Part shown: in pieces, positions 47,133 through 56,047 of the stretch
Layout of the letters: the number at the start of each line of letters is the position of its first letter
Numbering within the stretch: the stretch's first letter is position 1
Assembly: GCA_038043525.1 (NCBI GenBank)
Contig: JBBTBW010000002.1
Coordinates: forward strand, 57,315-121,314
From: Deltaproteobacteria bacterium
GTDB lineage: Bacteria > Desulfobacterota > GWC2-55-46
DNA: 64,000 nucleotides
Direction of reading: 5' to 3'
Made by a program: the position numbers and the translations under genes
The notes under the pieces: model-generated
Databases searched by the model: none
What the model saw: the letters and a program-made list of their open reading frames with translations, nothing else
What the model was told of the DNA's origin: nothing

Positions 47133-48467
47133 ATGTTTAACAAGGTTCTGATAGCCAACAGGGGCGAGATAGCCGTAAGGATTATACGGGCCTGCAAGGA
47201 GATGGGGATAAAGACCCTCGCAGTCTATTCTGAGGCTGACAGGGAGGCCCTTCATACGAGGCTCGCGGACGGGGCTATCTGCATAGGCCCGGCAAAGAGC
47301 AAGGACAGTTATCTCAATATCGCTTCCCTTATAAGTTCGATGGAGGTCGCCGACGCCGAGGCGGTCCATCCTGGATACGGTTTTCTCGCCGAGAACGCGG
47401 GTTTTGCCGAGGCGTGCGAGAAGTGCGGGATAAAGTTCATAGGGCCGACCTCCCAGGTCATGCGTCTCATGGGGAACAAGGTCGAGGCCAAGAAGAAGGC
47501 GGAGGAGCTAAACGTGCCTGTCCTTCCGTGGTCCAACCGCGCGCTTGTCGATGAGAAGGACGCGATAGAGATCTCCAAGAAGATAGGTTTTCCTGTCCTT
47601 ATAAAGGCGGCGAGCGGCGGGGGCGGAAGGGGCATGAAGCTTGTCCATACCCCGGCAAGCCTCGGCAGCGCATTTAACATGGCCAAGATGGAGGCGCTCT
47701 CCGCCTTCGGCGACAGCGAAGTCTTCATAGAGAGGTTCTGCGAGCTTCCGCGCCATATCGAGATCCAGATCGTAGCTGATGAGCACGGCAACGTCATCCA
47801 CCTCGGCGAGAGGGAGTGCTCCATCCAGAGAAGGCATCAGAAGATACTCGAAGAGTCTCCTTCCATGGCAGTAGACGCCAAGCTGAGGCATAAGATGGGA
47901 GAGGCCGCCGTGAAGCTCGCCAAGGGCATAGGATATACGAACGTCGGCACCGTGGAGTTCCTGCTCGATAAGAACAAGCACTTTTATTTCATGGAGATGA
48001 ACACAAGGGTGCAGGTCGAGCACCCGGTCACGGAGCTTGTGACAGGCGTTGATCTCGTCAAGGAACAGCTGAAGATCGCAATGGGCGCGAAGCTTGCCCT
48101 CAAACAGAAGAACGTGACCATGACCGGGCATTCTATCGAGTGCAGGATAAACGCGGAAGACCCGAAGACCTTCGTTCCGTGCCCCGGAAAGATCACGGAG
48201 CTTAATATACCCGGCGGCCCGGGGGTCAGGGTCGATACGGCGATATACTGCGGATACACTGTGCCGCCGCACTATGATAATCTTCTCGCGAAGCTCGTCG
48301 TGCACGCCGAGACGCGTCTGGATGCCATAGCGCGCATGACAAGGGCCCTTGAAGAGTTCCACATCGCGGGCATAAAGACGAACGTCCAGTTGCATCTGAA
48401 GATAATGAAAGACCACGACTTCATAGCCGGGAAGACGGACATAGACTTCCTGTCCCGCTGGACATAG
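47133..48467 (+). CDS. accC: acetyl-CoA carboxylase biotin carboxylase subunit
   Basis: N-terminus MFNKVLIANRGEIAVRIIRAC, ATP-grasp motifs, EMNTRVQVEHPVTE. Confidence 0.97.
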   Translation: MFNKVLIANRGEIAVRIIRACKEMGIKTLAVYSEADREALHTRLADGAICIGPAKSKDSYLNIASLISSMEVADAEAVHPGYGFLAENAGFAEACEKCGIKFIGPTSQVMRLMGNKVEAKKKAEELNVPVLPWSNRALVDEKDAIEISKKIGFPVLIKAASGGGGRGMKLVHTPASLGSAFNMAKMEALSAFGDSEVFIERFCELPRHIEIQIVADEHGNVIHLGERECSIQRRHQKILEESPSMAVDAKLRHKMGEAAVKLAKGIGYTNVGTVEFLLDKNKHFYFMEMNTRVQVEHPVTELVTGVDLVKEQLKIAMGAKLALKQKNVTMTGHSIECRINAEDPKTFVPCPGKITELNIPGGPGVRVDTAIYCGYTVPPHYDNLLAKLVVHAETRLDAIARMTRALEEFHIAGIKTNVQLHLKIMKDHDFIAGKTDIDFLSRWT

Positions 48468-48493
48468 GGCCTTCCTTTTTTTTACAGCGCTCA

Positions 48494-48532
48494 AACGCGA
48501 AGGGCCGCCCCTGTCGGGCGGCCCTTCGCGTT
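48494..48532 (+). terminator. GC-rich hairpin after accC (terminator-like, no clear U-tract)
   Basis: AACGCGAAGGGCCGCCC / GGGCGGCCCTTCGCGTT perfect 17-bp stem with a 5-nt loop. The downstream sequence is not T-rich. Confidence 0.5.
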
Positions 48533-48619
48533 CAAGGTCTCTGTTTACGGGGCTTGTGTTTTGATGTAAAATGATCTATTGCGTATCTTTGAGGTAAAGC
48601 GAGGCGGAGGCTGTTTTTC

Positions 48620-49420
48620 ATGGAGAGTTGGAGGCTCATAAAGGACGGACGGCTTTCAGGCGTCGCCAATATGGCGATTGACGAAGCGCTTGTGAGGGCC
48701 ATGGACGAAGGGTGCGCTTCTACCCCGGTCGTGCGTCTCTACGGCTGGGCAGAGCCTACCATATCGCTCGGATACCTCCAGGACAGCGCGCCATTTTTAG
48801 CGTCAGGGCTTCCTATAGTGCGCAGGATCACAGGCGGCAGGGCTGTGCTTCATGACGCTGAGGTCACATACTCCATCATAGCAGCAAACGACGCCCCTCT
48901 TTTTTCAGGGGGCATATTGCAGACATATTCGGTTATAAGCAGGTGCATCATAGCGGCGCTAAAGAGAGCCGGTGTTGATGCCGATATCTATCGTGGGACA
49001 CATCAGTCCATACATAAGAATGACGCGTGTTTTCTCGCCCCGTCAAGGTATGAGGTGCTGGCAGGAGGCAGGAAACTTGTCGGGAGTTCACAGAGAAGGT
49101 TTAAAAAAGCCTTTTTACAGCACGGCTCGATACTCTTTAAAATCGACACTGAGGCAAACGCGAGGGTCTTCGGGCCACAGGCCGCAGGCCGCATGGCCTC
49201 TGTCTCTTCCTTCAGCTCAGTAGGAGAAGGCGAGTTTGCCGGCATGCTTGCCGGTGAGTTCGCGGCAGGTTTCGGAGTGAGCTTCGTTGAATCAGAGCTT
49301 GGCCCTGCTGAAGAGCTTCTGAGACGCGAAATACTCTCATCAAAATACTCAGTAGACAGATGGAACCCGGGAGCCGCCTTGCGCAGGCATATCAAGGCGG
49401 GAGACGCAGCGCCTGTATAA
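48620..49420 (+). CDS. lipoate-protein ligase / octanoyltransferase family protein (BPL_LplA_LipB domain)
   Basis: Motifs NMAIDEAL, RRITGGRAVLHD and KLVGSSQRR (catalytic Lys region). Confidence 0.8.
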   Translation: MESWRLIKDGRLSGVANMAIDEALVRAMDEGCASTPVVRLYGWAEPTISLGYLQDSAPFLASGLPIVRRITGGRAVLHDAEVTYSIIAANDAPLFSGGILQTYSVISRCIIAALKRAGVDADIYRGTHQSIHKNDACFLAPSRYEVLAGGRKLVGSSQRRFKKAFLQHGSILFKIDTEANARVFGPQAAGRMASVSSFSSVGEGEFAGMLAGEFAAGFGVSFVESELGPAEELLRREILSSKYSVDRWNPGAALRRHIKAGDAAPV

Positions 49421-49489
49421 GGCCCGGCGCACAGTGAGCTAGAGTTTGAAGTACCGGTCGACACGTTGGATAAAAGGGATAGTTTAGGC

Positions 49490-52400
49490 ATGGCACTAAA
49501 AGAAACGATACTGGACAGAGCCCAGAAGTTCATACAGAAGGGCGCCCTTGATAAGGCCATCATCGAGTACAGGGCCGCGCTCGACGTCGATCCGCGCGAC
49601 TTCGCGATACGTCTCAAGATAGGCGACCTTTACACGAAGCTTAATAAAAAGGCCGAGGCGGTGAAGGAGTATACGGAAGTAGCCAGGGCGAACAGCCAGA
49701 GGGGTTTTTACCTCAAGGCGATTGCCGTCTACAAGCAGGTCCTTAAGGTCGACGATACAATACTAGACGTCCATTACAAGCTCGCGGAGCTTTACGTCAA
49801 GCAGAGGCTTCTGGCTGACGCGATAAGCGAGTACAGCCATATCGTTAATATCTTCGAGAAGAAGGGCAAGACGAGCGAAGTGATGGAGCTTCTTAAAAAG
49901 ATGAGCGAGGTAGACCCTGAAAACGTCGGCGTCAGGCTCAAGCTAGCCGACCTTTATCAGAAGCTTTCTTTTGAGAAGGACGCGCTAGAGCAATACTTCT
50001 GGATATTCGACAAGCTGGTATCTCAGGGCAAGATCGATAAGGCTGAAAAGATATACCTGAGCCTTTATTCGATATATTCAGCTGAGCCCAGGGTCCTTGC
50101 CGGGCTTGCAGGGCTATACAGGCAAAAAAGCGACGAGGATCAGTTCATACGGTTCTCAAAGGGCTTGCTGCAATTTTACAAGAAGAGCGAGGATGCGCAG
50201 GAGGCGCGCAGAGTCTGCGAGGAAATTCTCGCGGTAAGGCCCGATGAACCTGAGAGCCTTGCGCATCTGAAGGCCGTTAAAGCGGCGGAGCAGGACCTTA
50301 CCCGCAAGGATGAAGAAGAAAAAATGCGCGTTGAGGCCGAGCTACTCTCTAAGCAGGAGGCCCAGCAGAGAGAGAGGCAGGAGATGGAGCTTCTCGCCCA
50401 GCGCGAGGCTTCGGCCCGCGTAAGGGAAGAGGCCGAGAGAAAGGCAGCAGAGGAAGCTGAGGCGAAGGTCAGGGCTGAGGCTGAGGCGAAGGCGGCTGAG
50501 GAAGAGGAACTCAAAAAGGCCGAAGAGACGCCTTTGATAGGTTTCCCTCTTGTCGAAGAAGAGTTGCCTGCTGGAAAAGAAGAGCCGCTGATCGCCTTCC
50601 CTGAACACGAGATAGAGATCTCTCTTGAGGGCTTTGAAGACCATATACCTCTAAAGCACACTTCACAGGATGCCGCTGTGAAAGAGACAGGCGCAGGCGT
50701 CTCCCTGGAAGCTGTTTCCGAGGGAGTATTCGAAGGCGACGACACTCTTGTAGATATTGAGATACCCGGCCTTGATGAATCCGAACTCCGCTTTACCCCG
50801 CGTGGTATGGTTATAACCGAAGAGGCGGTTTTTCATGCGCCTGCGGCTGATGCTTTGAGCGGGGGCGTCTCAGTCGAAGCATCTGATGCGCTGCATCCGC
50901 AGGTTGTTGAGCCGGTAGGGCAGGTTGAGTTTGTCGAAGATAATATCGAAAAAGAAGAGATTGAAGTGGCGCCGTCTGAACATGGCGCTACATCTGATCA
51001 AATAGAGATGGAGCCTCATGAGCCTTTGTATGCGCATGCTGAAGCTTCTGAAGTTCATGTTGAGGCACCTGAAGTTCATGCCGAGGCCTCTGAGGTTCAT
51101 GCTGAGGCGCCTGAGGTTCATGTTGAGGCACCTGAGGTTCATGCTGAAGCCTCTGAGGTTCATGCTGAAGCCTCTGAGGTTCATGCTGAAGCCTCTGAGG
51201 TTCATGCTGAGGCGCCTGAGGTTCATGCTGAGGCGCCTGAGGTTCATGCTGAGGCGCCTGAGATTCATACTGAGGCGCCTGAGATTTATGCAGAAGAGCC
51301 TCTGATATTCATCGATGACCTCGAATTTAAAGAGCCTACCGAGCCTGCCAGGACGCCTCTTTCGGAGTTTGACATCCACTTCAAGGATACCGTCTCAGCT
51401 TCACAACAGATCGTAGATGAACTAAAAGAAGATCAGGAACCTGTACTGATGTTTCCTCATGTTGAGGAGTCGGTCGCTACCGAGCCTGAACCGGCAGTTG
51501 CGCATGAAGCGCATGGTCTGGAAGAACCTCTTGCGCCACAGGAGCAGGTTCCGCATCTGCCTGAGGCAGATGCGCCTCATATACCACCGGACGTTGCGGA
51601 TGTGAAGATTGTTGTTGAGCCGTCTGAAGGCGGCCATATCCATGAAGTCGAGGTCTTGAAAGAGAGCGCTCTGTCCGCAGTGGAAGCCTCAGATGTCACC
51701 ACGGAGGTTGAGGCGGCCCATGTCCATCTCGATGAACCTGTCTCAGAGATGCCTGAGGCGGAAGAGGACCTGAGCGCGGCATTCTCCGAGCTTATGGAGA
51801 AGATGGGCGAGGCCCATGAGCCTGCGGCCCCTGTCCCGATCATACCCAGGGAGGCCCCGAGCGCCGAGTCCGAGGCAGCGTCAGGCCCTGAGGATATGAT
51901 CGTTGAGTCAGAAAAGACTGAAGTCGAGGCCGACAGGATCAAGAAAGATGAGTACGTCGATCTGTCTGCCGAGCTAGGGATGGAAGAGGCTATTGAAGAC
52001 CTTACCGGCTCATGGGAGGGCACGGCCTCAAAGGAGTCTTTTGACGAATTCAAGAGCGGCATGGGCCAGCAGCTCAACCGTGAGGATTCAGAGACGCACT
52101 TCAATCTCGGCATAGCATACATGGAGATGGAGCTTTTCAATGAGGCGGTCAATGAGTTTAAGGTGGCGATGAAGGACCCTCGCCTTGAGTTCGACTGCTA
52201 CATACGGCTCGGCCACTGCGCCATGGCGCAGGCAGATCCGTCCGATGCGATAGTATATTATCTGAAGGGGCTGAAGATCGAAGGCGCGGCTGAGCAGGAG
52301 CGCAAAGGGATGATGTATGAGCTGGCGCTGGCTTATGAGGCTGCAGGTGAGAATGATGAGGCCGCTCAGATCTTCAGGTCCATCTATGCGATAGACCCGG

Positions 52401-52519
52401 AGTTCCGCGAGGTAGGGGAAAAGGTGCGCCTGTTATCGACCGTAGCGCACAGGGCAGAGGAAAAGGAGATCCGGCTGATACCTCTTGATGACGGGCTTAT
52501 CGAGGTCGAGCTACTGTGA
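49490..52519 (+). CDS. large TPR-repeat protein with an acidic, repeat-rich central region (~1,009 aa)
   Basis: N-terminal ~260 aa and C-terminal ~170 aa are TPR-like. The centre has an E/K/A-rich coiled-coil-like stretch, an acidic region and 12 heptad repeats. ATG 49490 is preferred over TTG 49466. Confidence 0.8.
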   Translation: MALKETILDRAQKFIQKGALDKAIIEYRAALDVDPRDFAIRLKIGDLYTKLNKKAEAVKEYTEVARANSQRGFYLKAIAVYKQVLKVDDTILDVHYKLAELYVKQRLLADAISEYSHIVNIFEKKGKTSEVMELLKKMSEVDPENVGVRLKLADLYQKLSFEKDALEQYFWIFDKLVSQGKIDKAEKIYLSLYSIYSAEPRVLAGLAGLYRQKSDEDQFIRFSKGLLQFYKKSEDAQEARRVCEEILAVRPDEPESLAHLKAVKAAEQDLTRKDEEEKMRVEAELLSKQEAQQRERQEMELLAQREASARVREEAERKAAEEAEAKVRAEAEAKAAEEEELKKAEETPLIGFPLVEEELPAGKEEPLIAFPEHEIEISLEGFEDHIPLKHTSQDAAVKETGAGVSLEAVSEGVFEGDDTLVDIEIPGLDESELRFTPRGMVITEEAVFHAPAADALSGGVSVEASDALHPQVVEPVGQVEFVEDNIEKEEIEVAPSEHGATSDQIEMEPHEPLYAHAEASEVHVEAPEVHAEASEVHAEAPEVHVEAPEVHAEASEVHAEASEVHAEASEVHAEAPEVHAEAPEVHAEAPEIHTEAPEIYAEEPLIFIDDLEFKEPTEPARTPLSEFDIHFKDTVSASQQIVDELKEDQEPVLMFPHVEESVATEPEPAVAHEAHGLEEPLAPQEQVPHLPEADAPHIPPDVADVKIVVEPSEGGHIHEVEVLKESALSAVEASDVTTEVEAAHVHLDEPVSEMPEAEEDLSAAFSELMEKMGEAHEPAAPVPIIPREAPSAESEAASGPEDMIVESEKTEVEADRIKKDEYVDLSAELGMEEAIEDLTGSWEGTASKESFDEFKSGMGQQLNREDSETHFNLGIAYMEMELFNEAVNEFKVAMKDPRLEFDCYIRLGHCAMAQADPSDAIVYYLKGLKIEGAAEQERKGMMYELALAYEAAGENDEAAQIFRSIYAIDPEFREVGEKVRLLSTVAHRAEEKEIRLIPLDDGLIEVELL
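51041..51292 (+). repeat. 12 x 21-bp in-frame tandem repeat (heptad E-A-[PS]-E-[VI]-[HY]-[AVT])
   Basis: Units were read directly. Units 6-8 are identical (gaagcctctgaggttcatgct), and units 9-10 are identical (gaggcgcctgaggttcatgct). Confidence 0.97.
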
Positions 52520-54021
52520 CGGACGCAGGGACGGATATGGATCGCATCATTGAAAACGAAAAGGGCCGGGAGACCGAGGCCCTTTCTTTTTTTGTGAGGC
52601 TCGATCTCTTTCTCAGGCATGACATTTTCATAGCCGAGGTATGCGCGTGCATTAGCGCTTGCGGCGTAAAAGGCTATCTTGTCGGAGGTCTGCTCCGTGA
52701 TCTGGCGCTTAATAGAGGCTCTGCTAAGGATTATGATTTTGTCGTATCAGGCATGGCTGAGGCGGTTGCCGGACTTGCGGCAGGCCGCCTCGGAGGCTCG
52801 TTCTTCCTGCTTGACAGGCTCTCAGGCGCGTACAGGGCCGTTATCAAGACCGGCGCGGCGGTTGTCACGCTTGATTTTTCTCCGATGAGAGGAGTATTAG
52901 TAGAAGACGACCTCATGGCGAGGGATTTCACCGTAAACGCGATGGCCGCTGACCTCTCGGCTTTTTCAGAGGGGCACGCGGTAGTTATCGACCCTTCGAA
53001 CGGGCTTGTCGATGCCTCAGCTTCAGTCTTGAGGGCTGTGAGTGAGGGCGCGTTTGTCGAAGACCCGTTGAGGTGCGTAAGGGCTGTGAGGCTCTCGCAT
53101 TGCTGCGGTCTTGAGATCGAACCGGCTACGATGGTCCTCGTCAGAGCGTCCGCCGGACTTCTGAAGGGGACGGCCGCTGAGAGGATACGAGAAGAGCTGA
53201 TCCTGATATTCGGTTGCAGTTCCGGCTCGAAGGCTATCAGCAGGCTATACGAGCTGGGTATCATGGATGTCATAGCCCCGGTCTTATCCGGCTGGAAAGA
53301 TATCGGAGGCTATGACCTTCTGGGCCATTCGCTTGCTACGCTTAACGAGGCAGACAGGCTTCTTGATGAGTTCTCCGCCGGGACCTTTATCTCCCACCAT
53401 GAGGAGTTGAGGGCCTTTATGTCAAGGAGGATAGGGCCGATCGGCATGGATGTTTTTTTCAGGGTCTGCGCCTTCCTGCATGACATAGGCAAGCCTCTTG
53501 CCATCGACAGGGAGTCAGGCCGGCTGAGGTTCATCGGCCACGATTCTGCGGGGGCGGCTCTGGCGAAAGAGCTGCTTTTGAGCCTCAGGTTCTCCAAGGC
53601 TTTTTCAACGGCTGTATCAGGGGTCATAAAAAACCACCATAGGGTCTTTATGCTGTTTCTCCTGCCTGAGCGCTCCGCAAGGGTCAGGGCGCATTTTTTC
53701 AGGGCCTCAGGCGGGTCATCAGGCGTCACCCTTCTTCTCCTTGCGCTTGCTGACGCAAGGGCGACCTCAGGCAGACGCGACCTTGCGCTCGAAGCCCTTG
53801 TCTCTGAGATGATCGGGTTTTATTACAGCGTTTATCTCAAGAAAAAACCGCGCCCTATACTCACCGGCGATGAGATAATGAGGATATTCTCGCTGGCCGA
53901 GGGAAAGGCCGTAGGTGAGGCGCTCAGAGCAGTATCAATGGGCGTTGAAGAAGGGGCCATAAAGACTAGAAAAGACGCTCTCAGTTATCTCGGCCGTTGG
54001 CTCCAGGGGCAAAGCGGCTAA
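52516..54021 (+). CDS. tRNA nucleotidyltransferase / poly(A) polymerase family protein with HD domain (CCA-adding-enzyme-like)
   Basis: Motifs LVGGLLRD, DYDF, RDFTVNAMA and HD motif FLHDIGKP. The GTG start overlaps the upstream stop; ATG 52537 is an alternative. Confidence 0.8.
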   Translation: MTDAGTDMDRIIENEKGRETEALSFFVRLDLFLRHDIFIAEVCACISACGVKGYLVGGLLRDLALNRGSAKDYDFVVSGMAEAVAGLAAGRLGGSFFLLDRLSGAYRAVIKTGAAVVTLDFSPMRGVLVEDDLMARDFTVNAMAADLSAFSEGHAVVIDPSNGLVDASASVLRAVSEGAFVEDPLRCVRAVRLSHCCGLEIEPATMVLVRASAGLLKGTAAERIREELILIFGCSSGSKAISRLYELGIMDVIAPVLSGWKDIGGYDLLGHSLATLNEADRLLDEFSAGTFISHHEELRAFMSRRIGPIGMDVFFRVCAFLHDIGKPLAIDRESGRLRFIGHDSAGAALAKELLLSLRFSKAFSTAVSGVIKNHHRVFMLFLLPERSARVRAHFFRASGGSSGVTLLLLALADARATSGRRDLALEALVSEMIGFYYSVYLKKKPRPILTGDEIMRIFSLAEGKAVGEALRAVSMGVEEGAIKTRKDALSYLGRWLQGQSG

Positions 54022-54201
54022 AAGAGATCAGCCGACGGCGAGCTGAGTGAGATCGAGTGAGAGAGGAGGCGCCAGAGCGGTCTCAGTTCGCATGAGGCTG
54101 GTTTTGTCTTCGGACTGCTCTGTCAGTTTGGCATTGACATTGAATCTCTCAGAGGTTACATATATTTCGGAAGATGGCCAAAAACATACGGGAGGTCTCG
54201 C

Positions 54202-54801
54202 GTGAGGGTCTACAGGTGGATAGGCGTTTTCATGATCATAGCCTTTATCGGCATGGTCTTAGGGGTCAGTTCAGAGGCGGCAGTAAAAAAAGGATCGAAA
54301 GGAGCAAAGAAAGTGGAGAACAAGGCGGTAACGGCAGTAATAGAGACGAAGTTCGGTGAGATAGAGGTCAAGTTCTTCCCGGATGTGGCTCCGAAGCACG
54401 TTGATAACTTTGTGACGCTTGCGAAGCAGGGCTTCTACGACGGGACGATATTCCACAGGGTGATACCGGGTTTCATGATCCAGGGCGGCGATCCGAACAC
54501 GAAGGGAGCGAACACCGCCTCCTACGGCTCAGGCGGACCAGGCCATGCTGTCAAGGCAGAGTTCAACAACATCAAGCACACGCGCGGGATACTCTCCATG
54601 GCAAGGTCGCAGAACCCGGACAGCGCAGGCTCTCAGTTTTTTATCGTTGTAAAGGATTCGTTCTTTCTTGACGGTCAGTATACCGTATTCGGAGAGGTCG
54701 TCAAAGGGATGGAGATAGTCGATCAGATAGTGAACCTTCCGAGGAACCCGAGGGACCTGCCGAACGAGAGGGCCGAGATGAAGGTCAGGATAGCAGAGTA
54801 G
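54202..54801 (+). CDS. secreted cyclophilin-type peptidyl-prolyl cis-trans isomerase
   Basis: Signal-peptide-like N-terminus. Motifs FHRVIPGFMIQGGDP and SMARSQNPDSAGSQFFI. Confidence 0.9.
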   Translation: MRVYRWIGVFMIIAFIGMVLGVSSEAAVKKGSKGAKKVENKAVTAVIETKFGEIEVKFFPDVAPKHVDNFVTLAKQGFYDGTIFHRVIPGFMIQGGDPNTKGANTASYGSGGPGHAVKAEFNNIKHTRGILSMARSQNPDSAGSQFFIVVKDSFFLDGQYTVFGEVVKGMEIVDQIVNLPRNPRDLPNERAEMKVRIAE

Positions 54802-54822
54802 AGGCGTTCTTCTAATGCGAAT

Positions 54823-54861
54823 AAAAAAAAGCCCCGGCAGAGCCGGGGGCTTTTTTGTTTT
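54823..54861. terminator. bidirectional intrinsic terminator between convergent genes
   Basis: A8, then a GCCCCGGC / GCCGGGGGC hairpin, then T6GT4. It serves the + strand PPIase gene and the - strand Cys-cluster/KA-tail gene. Confidence 0.85.
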
Positions 54862-54867
54862 ATGTAA

Positions 54868-55800
54868 TTACTTCTTGGCAGGTGTCTTTTTTACGGGAGC
54901 TTTTTTAGCCGGAGCTTTTTTGGCAACGGCCTTTTTCGCGACAGTCTTTTTCGCTACGGCCTTTTTGGCAACGACCTTTTTAACTACGGCTTTTTTCACG
55001 ACCGCTTTTTTAGCCACTGTCTTTTTTGCAACGACTTTTTTTACGACAGTCTTTTTCACGGCCGCTTTTTTTACGGTTGCCTTTTTCACGGTCTTCTTCG
55101 CAGCGGCTTTTTTCGGAGAGCTCTCTTTTGTCATATTGACCCTTCCTGATATTGTTTTTTTGGAGGCGCTTTTCGCGGCCTCGGTTTTACCGGCTTTTGC
55201 ATTAGGCGTCTTTGCGCCGGCAGGCTTGGCGCCCCATGCGCCCTTGCTTATCTCAAAAAGCGCCATCACCTCTTTCTTCTGAGTGTCGAAGAGGGAAGGC
55301 GCGATAGTATCAGCCGGAGGCTTTACCTTGCATACGCACTCTTTGCGAAGCGGCGTGTCAATGAAAAGGCTTCCCCTGTGCCATGTGACAGGGTATGTCC
55401 TGCATATCGTGGGAATGATCCGTTTGGGGAGCTTCTTTGTGACCCACAGGAAAAAAAGCGAGCAGCCCTTCTGTCCATCCCGTAGCCTGAACGCGCAGGT
55501 CTTGTCTTTTTTTCTTGTGGCTGTTTCCCTGTAGGCGCCGCCGATGTAGTCGTCGTCCTGCTTCAAAGGGGTCGAGAAGCAGTCTTCGATCTTTGCCTTT
55601 ATGAGCGGCTCGATGAGGTCTCTGTGCTTCTCTATCATCTTGAGAGTGGCGACGTCGACGTCGCACCCGTACTCGCAGCAGACGCTATGGCAGTCGCTGC
55701 CGTAACAGCCGTCGCCGTACAGGCCCTGCTGCTTCATGAGCTTTGGATCGATGTGGTCTATCTTGATCTTCTTCATCTGCGCGTTATTCCTTTCAGTCAT
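54868..55800 (-). CDS. Cys-cluster domain protein fused to a histone-H1-like Lys/Ala-rich C-terminal tail
   Basis: N-terminal ~190 aa contain a C-x4-C-x3-CC-x3-C cluster plus further conserved-looking Cys. The C-terminal ~80 aa are (A/V/T)KK repeats. ATG at 55776 (preceded by GAAAGGAA) is a likely alternative start to 55800. Confidence 0.75.
   Translation of the reverse strand: MTERNNAQMKKIKIDHIDPKLMKQQGLYGDGCYGSDCHSVCCEYGCDVDVATLKMIEKHRDLIEPLIKAKIEDCFSTPLKQDDDYIGGAYRETATRKKDKTCAFRLRDGQKGCSLFFLWVTKKLPKRIIPTICRTYPVTWHRGSLFIDTPLRKECVCKVKPPADTIAPSLFDTQKKEVMALFEISKGAWGAKPAGAKTPNAKAGKTEAAKSASKKTISGRVNMTKESSPKKAAAKKTVKKATVKKAAVKKTVVKKVVAKKTVAKKAVVKKAVVKKVVAKKAVAKKTVAKKAVAKKAPAKKAPVKKTPAKK
54871..55113 (-). 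repeat. degenerate short tandem repeats encoding the KKxV/KKAA tail
   Basis: On the + strand these are iterated ctttttt(a/c/g)(c/g)... units. They translate on the - strand to AKKTVKKATVKKAAVKKTVVKK... Confidence 0.8.
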
Positions 55801-56047
55801 GTTTTATCGGGTCTCATGCGGCATCTCGATTTTTGAGTTTAGAGAGTCGCCATTCATGCTCTCAGGTAAAGCCGCGCGAGAGTCAGCTGCGCGAGAATCT
55901 TTATCCTGAATTATCCTATGATAGTTTTTATTACATTTTGCACGGAAGGACAAGGTAAAAATGAGGAGCGTCTGTCGGCGTCTCTGTTCGATGATGAGAT
56001 CGAACGGGTGCGGCGGCCTCTGGTCATGCCTTAAGCGGCCCGACGGT

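Noticed and set aside
47508-48494. 328-aa antisense ORF opposite accC, and similar ones at 14608..15288, 22040..22768, 22309..22866, 23766..24491, 49003..49617 and 52731..53273.
   Set aside because: All lie antisense to genes with unambiguous conserved motifs and show no motifs of their own.
51018-51305. Alternative-frame ORF translating the 21-bp repeats as LRFMLR... (+), and 50870..51379 (-) translating them as LRRLSMN...
   Set aside because: These are frame-shifted readings of the tandem repeat inside the long TPR ORF. Only the EAPEVHA frame is continuous with the flanking 1,000-aa protein.
54128-54142. TGGCATTGACATTGA upstream of the PPIase gene looked like a -24/-12 promoter.
   Set aside because: The -12 position has GA instead of GC. 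The overlapping TTGACA-17-TACATA arrangement (54134-54162) fits a sigma-70 promoter better, and even that is weak.
54815-55282. 155-aa + strand ORF rich in F/A/T (AFLATAFFATVFF...).
   Set aside because: It is the mirror-image reading of the Lys/Ala-repeat tail of the - strand gene. It starts inside the bidirectional terminator hairpin and has no domain-like sequence.
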